Assembly (NCBI GenBank): GCA_964459635.1
Contig: CAYWMQ010000001.1
Coordinates: 8,342 to 72,341, forward strand
Direction of reading: 5' to 3'
Length of the DNA stretch: 64,000 bases
Source: an uncultured Candidatus Saccharibacteria bacterium
GTDB taxonomy: Bacteria > Patescibacteriota > Minisyncoccia > Phycocordibacterales > UBA12088
Part shown: positions 58,201-64,000 of the stretch, piece after piece
Layout of the letters: the number at the start of each line of letters is the position of its first letter
Position numbering within the stretch: the stretch's first letter is position 1
Position numbers and translations under genes: made by a program
Notes under the pieces: model-generated
Told to the model about the DNA's origin: nothing
Seen by the model: only the letters and a program-made list of their open reading frames with translations
The model's database searches: none

Positions 58201-61200
58201 GCAACGGCTCAACGCAGGTCGTGCGTATGGTGATACAGGGCGGCAGCCCCCAGTCCACCTCGTGTGCGGCGGGTACCGGGGCATACCTCTTTACGGGAGT
58301 GAGCTACTCGCCCGGCGACGCAATAGTGGTATACCTCGATAACGCGGCAGCTAAAGCCGCAAACGTGACGGTGGACCCTGTCACGTCTATCGCCGATATG
58401 CATTTGTACGAGTCGCGCGTGGTGGTGCGGCACGAAGATACGAACGCGATCACCATAGCGGACCTCGCCGTATATGATAGCGATCAGGACACCGATATTC
58501 CGTTCGATGCGGATACCGGCAGCCCCAACACACTCACGTTGCCTGCAAACCGCAAGCTCATCGTGTGGAACGGCAAGACATTCACTCCCGGCGGCAACGT
58601 GACACTTACTTCGGGGGGTAGCGGTACGGACTATGACGGTACACTTGAGCTCAGGGACAATGCGACGTACGTGTCATCGGCTTCGTCAGCGGAGACCATA
58701 TCAGTGGGCGGGAGTTGGCTTACAGGTGCGAGTGCATCCTTTACCGCGGGTACAAGTACCGTGACCTTCACCGCGACCACGTCCGGCAAGGTGGTCAGTC
58801 CGGATCGGTCCGCGTTCAACAACCTCACCTTTAACGGCTCGGGCGGTGCTTGGACGTTCGCAGACCGCGACGCCACCACGACCCGCAACTTCACGCTTAC
58901 GGCGGGAAGCGTAACGCTTGGTACCTCGACGCTGGCGGTGGGCGGCTCGTTTGTGAACAGCGGCACGCTCTCCGCCGCATCGACGAGCATCAGGTTCAGT
59001 GCGGCGGCTCCCGCCACGGTCACGTTTGGCGGAGCAAGTGTGGGGAGCCTTACCTTTGCAGGTGCCGGGGCACACACCATAACCGATACCAGCGCCACCT
59101 CGACAGGCTCTGTCTCGATCACGGCCGGCACGGTCGCACTGCCCACGAGTGTGTTTGCGGTGGCGAATGGGTTCTCCGCGCAGGGGGGCTCGTTCACACA
59201 CGCGGGCACGTTGCGGCTCTATGGAACACTTGCGGCACAGACGCTGCGTGTGGGTGCTTCCACACTCAGGCACCTTCTTATTGACGGCTCGGGTTCGTGG
59301 GCGTTTGCAGACACCGCGGCCACCACAACAGGGACGACCACAGTGCGTGCGGGGGCCCTGACTGCGCCATCGCAAACCTTTGCCATCGGCGGCAGCTTCA
59401 CGAACAGCGCCACGTATAACAGCAATGGCGGCACCATGCGCTTCTACGCAACCACCACAGGACAAACCATTTCTGTCGGGGGCGCACTGCTGGCGAACGT
59501 CATCATTTCCGGCACGGGAGGTGGGTGGACAGTGGCCACGTCGGCGACTACGACGGGAGCGTTTCGGCTGCAGACGGCAACAGCGTTTGAGATGGCGAGC
59601 AGCACAGCTCTTGAAGTGCAAGGACAATTTGAGAATACCGTGGGAGGCGCGGCCACCAACTGGACTGATTCGCGCTTGTACCTGAACGCCTCAGGGACAA
59701 GTTATGCGGTAAACGGTAAGTCATCGACCGGGGATACGTACGCGTTCTTGACACTCGGCCCGAATACCGACGTCTCCATGTGGAACTCATCCGCCGCCAC
59801 CACGACGGTGCATGCGTCAAGCTCGCTGTACGCAATGGATCACGCGGGTGTCGATGGCTCGCTCTATATTTGGGGCGAGTACGTGCGGAGTGCGGGCGCT
59901 GAGTATTGGAGCTATGCGACGGACTTTGACGGTGCCGCGCTTGGCGGCAGCGCACGTGCCGTTTCAGTGCGCGTTGCCTCAAGCAGTACATTGACGTTTA
60001 CGGGCGGCTCGCTTGATATGGTGGGTAGCACAGGCGCCACCACGTCCGTCGCGGTGATAGGTACGGGTGCGTACAGCATCGTAAAGTCGGGCGGATCGCT
60101 CAACGCACAATACTACTCGTTCCGCAATCTCACGTCTCAAGGTCTCGTACTCAGTAACGCCATTACGGTGACGTCGCTCTCGTATGGAGACTTTGAACTC
60201 TCAACACCAAACGGTGTTCTCCTCCAGGTGGCTTCGAGTACCATTGACCAAAACCCGACCAAGACCATTGTGGGTAATCGCTTTGCGTCCACGTCCGGGA
60301 TTACGGGCACGAACGTGAAGGTGAACGGTACCACCGCGAATTTCTGGGACTTCCAAAGCCACTACGGCGAGATCGACGGTGAATCGTACGACGATGATGG
60401 TGTGGATGCGTGCGGTGCGGTGCGCTGGGATGATAGTACGTGTCTTGAGGTATCTCAGGCGCATTTCCGCTTCAGGAACGATGATGGTGGCGGTGGTGCG
60501 CCGGACAGTGAATGGTACAACGCAGACTGGAGCAAGCGTGTGCGGCTGAACGTGAGAAACCAGAATGGTACGACGCTCACTGACGTACCCGTGCGCATGG
60601 AGCTTCCGTACGACTCCGACATGCAGTCCAACTGGAACGATATCCGGTTCACCGATGCTTCCGGTACCACGTCGCTCCCCTACTTTGTGGAGCGCTACAC
60701 AACGAGCGCCACGGCCACCATTTGGGTCAAGGTGCCGAGTATTCCCGCAAACGGCTATGCATCCCTGTATGCCTACTATGGCAACGCGTTTGCCGCAAAC
60801 GACGAGAGCGGGGCGAATACATTCAGTAGCTTCGATGACTTTGAGGACGACAGCATCTCTGAGTACTCGGGCGATACGGGCGTCTTTGATGTTGTTGCGG
60901 ACTCAGGTGCAGAAGGCAGCTACATCCTCAAGGCTGGTGCGGGATATGAAAACGACCAAACAACGGACGGCATATACCGCACCGGCACCACATTCGGGCA
61001 AGGCAGTACGGTGCGCTTCCTGCAGTACGTAGACGCAACAAAAGACGATGAGCCATGCGCACTTTTTGGCGTGCAGAGTCCCGGCTCCAACAATCAAAAC
61101 TATGCCGTGTGTCTCGACCAGTATCCGAGTGACAGGCTGGTGCTTGCGAAGAATGTATCCTCCAACGATGGCTCCGGCACCGTGCTGGCTTCCTCGTCCA

Positions 61201-62726
61201 TTGCGTGGTCGAGCGCATGGTACACCGTGGAAGTGGATTGGTTTACGAACAACAGCATCTACGTGTCGGTGTACAACAGCTCCGGTTCGCTCGTAGCCAC
61301 CACGACCGCGTCGGACGCAAGCTACGCCTCGGGAGGGATGGGCTTCTCGTTCTGGTACCAGAGCGGTGGTTGGGACTTCTACACGGCACGCCCATACGCG
61401 GCGGTTGAACCGACACTTTCATCTATCGGACTCGAGCAAGGGAAGAGTGGTGCAAGTTGGAAGGCGGCACAGGATGTGTCCGTCACACAAGACCAAGGTT
61501 TGCCGTTCCGAGTGCGTTTCTCCGTTGAGAACTCTGGGCCGACGATATATGGCAAACAGTGGCGCTTGCAGTATGCCGACAAGACCGGGTACGGTACGTG
61601 TAACGCAGTGCCGGAAGTATCGTTCAATGATGTACCGACCGTCTCAAACTGCGGCACGAACGCCATCTGCATGACCACCACTTCACAGTATGCGGACGGC
61701 GATGCGACACAGGAGCTCTTAACATCAACGACGTTCTACCGGTACGCGGGCGGTAAGCTCATCGAGAGTCCGAGCAATCAGACCGCATCATCTAGCTTGG
61801 GGCAGGGAGAGCTCACCGAAGTGGAGTACGCGATAGAGCTTACCCAGAACGCGGTATCGAATGCATACTGTATGCGCGTGTCGGACGGGGGTGTCGAGCT
61901 TGACTCGTATCAAACACTCGCGGAAGTCACCGCGAACTATGGGCCGCAGATCACGAGTTGGAGTCTCAATGGAGATGAGCCCATAGCGCTCACGGAAGGA
62001 CAAACCACATCCGTGCAGGCGACCGGCACCATCACAGATCTTAACGGATTTGAGGACTTGCTGTACGCTACCGGCACCATATATAGAAGTGCGCTTGGGG
62101 CAAACTGTGGTGCCGATCTCAACAATTGCTACCAGCTCTCCTCGCTTTCGTGTCCGCTCGAAAACTGCGATGGCACGTCGTGCGACGTGACGTGTACTGC
62201 CGATATTCAGTACTTTGCCGAGCCGACCGATCCGGGCGCTCCGCACGAGGCGCAGAGCTGGCTTGCCAAGGTCTTTGTGGTGGACCTCACGGGCAACGAG
62301 GCAAGCTCGACAGCGCCCGGCGTTGATATGCTCACGATGCGCGCGGTGTCCGTTACCACCGGTGGCATAGGGTACGGCTCACTCCAGGTCAACTCAGACA
62401 CGGGTTCGTATAACGCCACTTCCACGTTGCGTAACACCGGCAACACGGGGGTGGACATAGATATCGAAGGAGCGGACTTGACTGCGGGCGCAAGTACCAT
62501 CCCCGCTGCAAATCAGAAGTTCGCCACGTCCACCTTTACATACTCCGCGTGCGCCATTTGTACCGCACTCTCCGGCACTGTAAGCGATTACGAGCTTGAT
62601 CTGCCCAAGCCCACCAGTACCTCCACTCCCGTGACCGATGATCTCTACTGGGGCATCTACGTGCCTTCAAACGCTGCCGGCCTGACCCACAACGGGCAAA
62701 ACACATTCTATCCGATTAGTGATTAG
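43278..62726 (+). CDS. giant multi-domain surface protein (6482 aa from the GTG start)
   Basis: Uninterrupted 19.4-kb ORF ending in TAG. DUF2341-like segments at about 44780-45060 (LLYRVRIEENDVPGFFTTARLDGGDVRFYD...IFAYYGND) and 60463-60790 (AHFRFRNDDGG...IRFTDASGTTSLPYFVERY...LYAYYGNAF). A LamG/ConA-like region at about 60800-61400. Three FN3-like modules carrying YWWRVRAKD. Two ~420-aa W/G-rich propeller-like modules. Three ~700-aa beta-helix-like super-repeats. No N-terminal signal peptide after the GTG. Confidence 0.85.
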   Translation: MQNIAPVDAVIEGVEYAEPAPGETASGAEVAPEAERGADASSAETRARQADEDVRVCTVLDIPCHTIRYDGFDIGSVLADHTVREYTLRLSLGARVEGESFTPDKLLVRYMSAGTWHIAGEVVIDRELSNFDSGGHFSFPLPGLTAWDSLADLAVELEYVRHGTAETEFYVDSVWVDARYAVVDEGEELQLAPNILPELAVLEDSRRPDMLLVGDERITLPRTDAVPGDELVIRSDHDVYDGLTRVRSYLSVTNHGDTEMYADLVVRTGRHAEVVGLRERVRAVPQSTLVPEYSDVAYLCEGGWQPGSMSQGVAAPSDVPADTNTTDGEEVEDGTASSSVSMTEALVSDGTGSATLDDVGPDASGETADSEGEPYTCAATGEERVCSSLNDDETNCIAEEERISTTEEVAYREGWQPVGLRPYRERTSFWQRVLRSEATTTSELPNAVEAEERVRLAPRETRFFAVDVEVGVQRAGEFAFELRAGDTHAERRMWWRSGYSRRVPLTVPRVESEAPEVPLLYRVRIEENDVPGFFTTARLDGGDVRFYDAALRLELPSKVVSFSYVEQAAEYLVELGESSTQASSSIFAYYGNDTVMEASRMRAPSQTDTPIEYVRAAESATGALVSVTSLRDGNTMRTGAGGTEVTLHEGEALDMVLGEEPLYARGPLLIRPADTVSSKEMRAFALTLPAHTYSLAQGTSSLTYVVERYASTSPELRFGDVEELPVPAVGIFEPLSFTDQLSRILYLRSLTGPAYHDFLEELRDFELGDEVVFKLRYKPQRWGITRFFRGLVRDRLATVAGVRLLYGGEVLTDARFDVSYGAEGEWTIKLTEAPRSLVPGKYSVELTIDEVGELYTDTFDFYFGVLAVNTPEATYETGSVAEFHMAALDDRGDTICDAELRLLITPPSGLAEEIPVERSTTCGPNNVTDEPDYRALYRLRESGTYDLVLTHVNREGEIVHQVRDAVHAAERMPYTIERAGATRIWPKAPYTMHLTVSAREDWSGTLVEALPRDFVVTDAGGGESSVWGGAKRLSWELTLAAGESVTLSYEYDAPDRSPYLYLLGPAELRVGEQAAYREAKSWKLASDALGQYTESYVTFTPTVNDTWTTIDLSGAPYSIPANAILEIAISNVDTGNEAYGGVRSGASTTLDRRVRIHEAEPSGSDVTTMFVQASATSSIQYYSDDTNDIRFTILGYWTSGTYTERWSVFGPAANNWTTDWNLNTYGVADGNVAEIVLVNTDGSNEYAAGVRTLGSTLTREVTIHEPEQGGVDTATMLVRASTSNATIRYRNANAAIDFYVAGFFSTLPTGLEYYERWDDLGGPASANTWTDRRLDDITVPNSAIADVAYANTAADDTTVTIGVRANGSSLSRTAELHEAEAGGQNHARSHVTAGSDASSTIEYFTGNTAYDSFRLAGYWAAANYPPDAPTLHDIPFDNEKTGSSTPYFEFTASDPDGSSDIVYQVQWDDDADLDASPLGDRSSDNETGCSPNCFANTVSGGDTSPFTEGQRIRFSIQSALTSGTTYYWRVRAKDSSGSNIYSEWTEVRSFTYVADTNPKAWYQTADAQFDGGTFSGAETYGANSVRLATTPPVGAMVAYGEGTVATPRYQIWNGTAWGGELSAQSATGRISWTVLRAAPTRDEYVLVTQTATGTVLAQVYNGTSGTWGNARVMTSAAPSADRRAVDVAYRGLSGEAVVTYCDGDTDPSTNIWNGTNWSATTTLDTQFNSACNWVALAASDASDEIAAVVQADSTNTTSDFEAQILTGTTWGNSYTGGSNTAGEEFLERMSIAYEESGTEAVVVVGNGGTASFVSAVWNTTAQTWTANANRGTQDDFEWSEFAVDDGSDNLGLCYIDEDNQVHIAKWNGTSNTWDAYDAAGDQIDTGGKANGTTDYHARPVTCRYETTAGRDGYLMVPYSDTTNARYRVWSTSLTVEQSISTIEDSWTVSSARTGDGLILTLWRDDTNDRFDFSYWNGNSWSARAALESSMADDTEPYAEPAMIAAQRFQASAGSIVSPIIDFDSVPGQSSWGELLWTTTEPSGTDVVMQVYYATTTAVCNVLVPDAALAGNSTGFQATSSPLNLSGLSTSTYNMLCLKASLSSQSSQSSTLDEWTVSWVRQPFLTQTAYRWYANTDANTPTDVWPVGSNSVAENEAISTAFAPNVGDVLRLRLGMLDSNVTLAASSTAFTLQWAEGVSCSASMDWQDVGASGSSVAWRGYDNASVSDGATLSSRLLSTTDVSFSYEEVNDTATNTSALAPTEEAEFDFVLQHNATSSTNYCFRLINDDGLPINQYDRYPQLITNAPPSTPVLATPFTYEALASTTPWFTFVAEDIKGDDIHYEIEIDDDPAFGSPLTRNSADHFNEFVNTVTPADKSPFTSGEQVRFVPTTALTDNTTYWWRVHARDPSGSNDWSDWSVAWSFTASSTVSISTWFQTTYEQFEENDHENTEATVSDDVALIPSNTLGTTTAPGIKFAWKTTGNAWGSLSWTENETTGTLRTRVQYNNNGIWELIPDSVLSGNSVGFAAGPVSLLGLDPTLYSEIRPVAYLQDVSGSPRLLDWTLSWGLAVEQPTLTSPFDNEKVATVTPSFTFRSTDPQGNDLTYEIQWSATPDFAASTTRTSGTHTGFTNTASSTDTSPFLEDNIIRFTVQGADALTNGATYWWRVRAKDPGGGDTWSVWSPIRSLTVDTSITVSTWFQTTDEQFDTDFLTDLETYGSDQVRITSTIREALVAYAEGVVQTPRYRLWNGNAWGTEKSAANIGERIYWIRTAAGPARDEYAMVTGGLSGAVKAQVYNGTTGQWGDLVDMSTPAATNRRGFDVAYESVSGRAMAAACRGADAVYRTWDGASWSATSTINLGFTQNCEWLTLASDPTSNEIILAARANTANTPYAFEAQVWNGSAWGNSTAQGLMESTDAENIGMAVAYEESGDQALFVTSNGTNANFHWRTWNGAWSGTSSTTTVDDLETPKIAQDAGSDALGLCYITNLNSMYYMRWDGSKFVSAPTQFSADSNSKDGGHAFDCAYETTAGRDGYLMMPYTDGTLGYYRFHNTSTGLSAEAALSSVTDSWSVESVRTGDGLILAVFWDDANTQFDFSYWNGTAPWSARQTLETNVSTIVNPIVPVSLTPRRYTSFTSGTLVSDPIHFSDGTGPRWGVASSTDTTPGASEIRYQFEHSTDNGETWALIPDSALPGNSVGTTSNTVDLSALSYTTYDVIRYVANFACVSGDCPILHDWTIAWSEGLKVSGTAKGYDESTNVTSGTVAVAVNGAVQTGKTASISGGTWQINNVTMFPGDTVHVWIQGAADANEAAAVFRYDGVGDTTGVELFERHLTIGSHDATTTTNAHIALYDNSASGNEDLFFEVDSGNDLTVCSVGACSDAELFVAQGYTYRPDSASGGNVSTHDMEIAGTLTADGNTLTVSGSWENRGIFTANSSSVILRATSSQETLSSVGATTSAFNILTLGQTSGNATWTLAGPLEVDGNCTLSYGTLNGSTSALFLGGNFSLAAGTTFLKSTGTTTFDGTGVAVITDATAAKQDLGKVAASGTSKTVRLGSALKLTDLTIYTGNTFDVSSNNYALEVRGDFRNSDSFSARAGTVTMTATTTGRTLVPGNSPLYDLTFQGVGGNWAFGQPLVTVQNNLTIATGTVTLATGTTTVSGSLSNSGTLVHNNGTLELTGSGSKTLTQGGSPLYNLTVNGAGAWSWTEQNATSSGSTRILNGTLTMPAETYAVGKSFVNAGGTVAPNGGTLRFTSNVAETVQANGSALYGLTFDGAGGTFALADTNLVASGTVRFVAGTTTLPSGTMTVSGSWVTTGGTWNANGGTVLFNSAATGRTVTTGTNNFASVTFNSAVGGWSIDSHATSTGAWSLLAAQSYTVASGNTMAVGGAFVNNVPGATTWTGSTLALSSGTSYTVGSSSQAAETYGTLRIGANTDVKFWQSSAASYAVDSTGSLYSQDHAAQNGDLYIWGEYVRTSGTEHWSYATDFDGTDIGGSPRQVDVRFASGASAQFTGATLSLRGDAAATTTLANQGSGSYRLQLTGSTLLAEYFSVANTDADGLALMASTTVNYLRDGTFTLDTQGGSMLTLASTTIDKNPLLQPDRLSFGTSTGISTGYNVTASGTASSYWWFKNTSGNYDGESYDNDPVAGAGSIRWDDSGFTINVSGTVYTGEGAGVPAYCNGSTQVLRLVVQGVTTYDTSCAAGTGAFTFSGVTYSGDVTFMAFLNGTSGRGATVSRTPQGNIAGFDLYQDRVIVRHEDTAALSIANMLLYDADQDLDIPFDAEAGSLTVSPETGLHVWAAKTFAPSGNVTLQSGGSGAVQDGTLRLASGSVFTAAGSESHSIGGSWIANTGATFTAANSTVNFTATTTGKTIAPSGSFHNLSFTGLNGGWSVASSTQVANNLAVSAGTVSGTGNVTVDLGAFSGNGSVTMTGGTVTVNKGGNFGGNSTWTFNNLTLGDGTSGTTAKVGSGDIAVSGALTVSANHILEAGSYTWTLTGSGAVLLVPGTFTAQTSTTTFAGTGAMTVPALTYHNLVLAPTAAGSPTYTLAAGSLTANTVTVGNGTHPVTVQVNTNDPLITVAGTFRNRTNATYQAASANDLMIAGSYINEGTFTANGGGVVMNSADTGELVTPGASSFHHLTFNHASGGWTITGNATTTGNFTLTAASNFTQASGSTLRVEGIFLNSVGGGATTWSGTTLALYSGTSYSMNTKTTEGDTYGTLSVGTNTDVAMWNSTSSSYSISPSGSLYSQDHNSVDGALYIWGDYTRTSGTEHWSYATDFDGTDISGTPRQAKVYLAEGASTTLSAGTWNILGTSGATTTIQNQGSGVYGLKVAGGTFNAQYYRVRNVNALGLEFAGTPTVTSLSDGDLELGITGGAMLTIPASVITTNPVKTWYRVSFATSSGVTSGRNATSSGTTASSWRFTPALGNYYGEAYDGDPAGDPGYLIWDDSNAQVSIGGNVYSNETGTVSALCNGSTQVVRMVIQGGSPQSTSCAAGTGAYLFTGVSYSPGDAIVVYLDNAAAKAANVTVDPVTSIADMHLYESRVVVRHEDTNAITIADLAVYDSDQDTDIPFDADTGSPNTLTLPANRKLIVWNGKTFTPGGNVTLTSGGSGTDYDGTLELRDNATYVSSASSAETISVGGSWLTGASASFTAGTSTVTFTATTSGKVVSPDRSAFNNLTFNGSGGAWTFADRDATTTRNFTLTAGSVTLGTSTLAVGGSFVNSGTLSAASTSIRFSAAAPATVTFGGASVGSLTFAGAGAHTITDTSATSTGSVSITAGTVALPTSVFAVANGFSAQGGSFTHAGTLRLYGTLAAQTLRVGASTLRHLLIDGSGSWAFADTAATTTGTTTVRAGALTAPSQTFAIGGSFTNSATYNSNGGTMRFYATTTGQTISVGGALLANVIISGTGGGWTVATSATTTGAFRLQTATAFEMASSTALEVQGQFENTVGGAATNWTDSRLYLNASGTSYAVNGKSSTGDTYAFLTLGPNTDVSMWNSSAATTTVHASSSLYAMDHAGVDGSLYIWGEYVRSAGAEYWSYATDFDGAALGGSARAVSVRVASSSTLTFTGGSLDMVGSTGATTSVAVIGTGAYSIVKSGGSLNAQYYSFRNLTSQGLVLSNAITVTSLSYGDFELSTPNGVLLQVASSTIDQNPTKTIVGNRFASTSGITGTNVKVNGTTANFWDFQSHYGEIDGESYDDDGVDACGAVRWDDSTCLEVSQAHFRFRNDDGGGGAPDSEWYNADWSKRVRLNVRNQNGTTLTDVPVRMELPYDSDMQSNWNDIRFTDASGTTSLPYFVERYTTSATATIWVKVPSIPANGYASLYAYYGNAFAANDESGANTFSSFDDFEDDSISEYSGDTGVFDVVADSGAEGSYILKAGAGYENDQTTDGIYRTGTTFGQGSTVRFLQYVDATKDDEPCALFGVQSPGSNNQNYAVCLDQYPSDRLVLAKNVSSNDGSGTVLASSSIAWSSAWYTVEVDWFTNNSIYVSVYNSSGSLVATTTASDASYASGGMGFSFWYQSGGWDFYTARPYAAVEPTLSSIGLEQGKSGASWKAAQDVSVTQDQGLPFRVRFSVENSGPTIYGKQWRLQYADKTGYGTCNAVPEVSFNDVPTVSNCGTNAICMTTTSQYADGDATQELLTSTTFYRYAGGKLIESPSNQTASSSLGQGELTEVEYAIELTQNAVSNAYCMRVSDGGVELDSYQTLAEVTANYGPQITSWSLNGDEPIALTEGQTTSVQATGTITDLNGFEDLLYATGTIYRSALGANCGADLNNCYQLSSLSCPLENCDGTSCDVTCTADIQYFAEPTDPGAPHEAQSWLAKVFVVDLTGNEASSTAPGVDMLTMRAVSVTTGGIGYGSLQVNSDTGSYNATSTLRNTGNTGVDIDIEGADLTAGASTIPAANQKFATSTFTYSACAICTALSGTVSDYELDLPKPTSTSTPVTDDLYWGIYVPSNAAGLTHNGQNTFYPISD
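53400..60430 (+). repeat. three tandem ~2.0-2.3-kb intragenic super-repeats (beta-helix-like)
   Basis: Repeat units at about 53400-55750, 56100-58130 and 58640-60430. They share nucleotide strings such as ACGAGCGGTACCGAGCACTGGAGCTA (55200 and 57586) and protein strings such as YIWGEYVRTSGTEHWSYATDFDGTDIGG, YIWGDYTRTSGTEHWSYATDFDGTDISG and YIWGEYVRSAGAEYWSYATDFDGAALGG. Confidence 0.75.
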
Positions 62727-62784
62727 CTTTTGGCGGAGCGAACATGCACAGGCTCCTCATGCTCATCTAACACACCTTATCTTT

Positions 62785-63468
62785 ATGCGCTTACTCACCA
62801 TTGCTCTCGTACTTTTCGCGCTCGCGGGAGCGGCTGCGTACATGTGGCACTACTATGGCGGCTTCGCAGGTGATGATGCGGGCGCGGTGATGTTCATAAA
62901 TGCGTATGGTGAGTATGCAGACGTGGCGCAGCGCGCCGATGCGCTCACGCATGCACCCACCGTGGAGGAGAACACTTCGCGGAGCGACCTGTATGCTTCG
63001 CTTGCCGCCATGCTCACCGAAGCCCAAGCGGATGATGTGCGCGAAGTGCGGGCACGTGCGGCATTTGCGCAGCTTGATCAGCTCAAGCGGGAGGTTGATG
63101 CGGCGCAAGCGGCGCAAGCGGATCTGCTCGCCGCACAAGAAGCGATGGGAGAAGCTGCGCGGGCGCTCAAGAGTGCGCGTTTGCGCGTGCGGGCGCAAGA
63201 GATCGTGGAAGCTGCCGGTGTGCGCAGTGCGGTATCAGCCAAGATCACCGGTCTGCTTTCGCACGCGAACGATGAGTCATACGCCATCATTACCAGGGTC
63301 CTGGAGGAGAAGGGGGCACTTTCACAGGAGCATATCATTCGTATCAACAGCATTACCACGGCAGCTGAGACGCGCCATGATGAGCTTACAGCTGCGTACG
63401 ATGAACTCGTTCGCGCGGAAGAGCTCATACAAAGCTCGTTTGCCGCCTTTGTAGCGGAGGCGCTGTAG
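62785..63468 (+). CDS. membrane-anchored coiled-coil hypothetical protein (227 aa)
   Basis: ATG 62785 gives MRLLTIALVLFALAGAAAYMWHYYGG (a signal-anchor), followed by an A/E/Q-rich helical region. The track's GTG 62719 would overlap the giant-gene stop. Confidence 0.45.
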   Translation: MRLLTIALVLFALAGAAAYMWHYYGGFAGDDAGAVMFINAYGEYADVAQRADALTHAPTVEENTSRSDLYASLAAMLTEAQADDVREVRARAAFAQLDQLKREVDAAQAAQADLLAAQEAMGEAARALKSARLRVRAQEIVEAAGVRSAVSAKITGLLSHANDESYAIITRVLEEKGALSQEHIIRINSITTAAETRHDELTAAYDELVRAEELIQSSFAAFVAEAL

Positions 63469-63535
63469 ATTCTCCACAGTGTACCTGCCGTGTCGCGCGG
63501 CCCACGTGCTATATATATAGTATAGGTTCACCATC

Positions 63536-64000
63536 ATGACCCGGGCTTCCACAATCTTCGCGGTGTGTACGGGAGGCGCTGCGCTTTTCTTTGCCCTTAC
63601 AGCCCCGCTTACACGGCATATGCGTACGCATGACCATCCGGTGTTGGCAGCGGTATCTGTGGCGCACACCGCAGAGTCGCGCGTAGCACCTTCGCGTACA
63701 CCTGTCCACGTCGGAGTGGTAAGGGACAGGCCCGCCAGTACCGCGCGGTCCGAGGAAGCAGCGGCGGGGCGTGTGCTACAGGTATGCCCGTACGAACCGG
63801 ATGAGAAAGTGTATATAGTACACTTAGCAGAGCAGGATGCGCCACCGCTCAGGGCGGACGGAAGCAGGGCTGAGGCCGAGCGTGTACAAGCACTGCACGT
63901 GCCGCCGGGGGTGTATGATGTTGAAACATACACGCTTCGGTTTGGCTCGACTACCGCTTCCATGCGTCTTGAGCGCTGGTACATGCGCATGTATGCAGCG
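63536..64000 (+). CDS. hypothetical secreted protein, N-terminal part (runs off the window end)
   Basis: ATG 63536 opens a frame with no stop through 64000. It starts MTRASTIFAVCTGGAALFFALTAPLT, a signal-peptide-like N-terminus. The AT-rich sequence TATATATATAGTATAGG lies directly upstream. Absent from the track because it has no in-window stop. Confidence 0.35.
   Translation, partial: MTRASTIFAVCTGGAALFFALTAPLTRHMRTHDHPVLAAVSVAHTAESRVAPSRTPVHVGVVRDRPASTARSEEAAAGRVLQVCPYEPDEKVYIVHLAEQDAPPLRADGSRAEAERVQALHVPPGVYDVETYTLRFGSTTASMRLERWYMRMYAA

Noticed and set aside
53400-60430. Diversity-generating retroelement or CRISPR as the source of the intragenic repeats
   Set aside because: There is no reverse transcriptase, no template/variable repeat pair with adenine-specific differences, and no short direct-repeat and spacer array anywhere in the window. 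The repeats are long, in-frame protein super-repeats.
14342-62726. Dozens of long antisense or out-of-frame ORFs inside the giant genes (for example 15653..16222, 19553..20557, 20573..21652, 47721..48776, 58701..59627)
   Set aside because: They are embedded in continuous 10-19-kb sense ORFs that have coherent repeat architecture. Their translations are Arg/Cys/His-rich, which is typical of spurious frames in high-GC DNA.
63322-63990. 222-aa minus-strand ORF
   Set aside because: It is antisense to the C-terminus of 62785..63468 and to the newly noted + ORF 63536..>64000. It is Ser/Thr/Cys/Arg-rich with no start context.

Overview
This window is high-GC (about 60%) bacterial chromosome, with almost everything from 12.9 kb onward on the + strand. 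The first ~12 kb are housekeeping: two small hypothetical genes, a Preiss-Handler NAD salvage cluster (nadE, nadD, pncB), an ABC ATPase/ABC-2 permease pair, a cassette of very small genes with clean promoters and terminators, and a minus-strand P-type cation ATPase with a downstream hypothetical. From 12.9 kb onward the window is a large cell-envelope locus. It holds a secreted acidic PD40/TolB-like protein that is translationally coupled (ATGA) to a 3357-aa giant repeat protein, followed by a 1961-aa coiled-coil protein with a glycine-zipper membrane segment and a small acidic protein. Next come an M17 leucyl aminopeptidase, three tandem paralogous membrane-anchored surface proteins, and a small membrane protein. 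A palindrome-rich ~500-bp non-coding region precedes a secreted FGE/SUMF1-domain enzyme, a surface protein ending in a type-I dockerin, an Hsp20 and a membrane-anchored protein with a cohesin-like domain. The locus ends with a 6482-aa giant protein (DUF2341-like, LamG-like, FN3-like, propeller-like and three ~700-aa beta-helix-like super-repeats), whose probable signal-anchor N-terminus lies in a separate upstream ORF cut off by a single in-frame TAG. The most striking feature is a family of AT-rich heptanucleotide tandem repeats (TTTTGWC-like, CTTGTTT, TACTTTC). Perfect arrays sit inside the signal-peptide coding regions of three surface-protein genes (the dockerin protein, the cohesin protein and one surface paralog). 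Degenerate, oppositely oriented arrays form long inverted repeats between genes. This looks like slipped-strand phase variation imposed on a cohesin-dockerin and giant-protein surface system. I found no rRNA, tRNA, CRISPR or mobile element. All product calls rest on motifs I recognise by eye, not on database searches.
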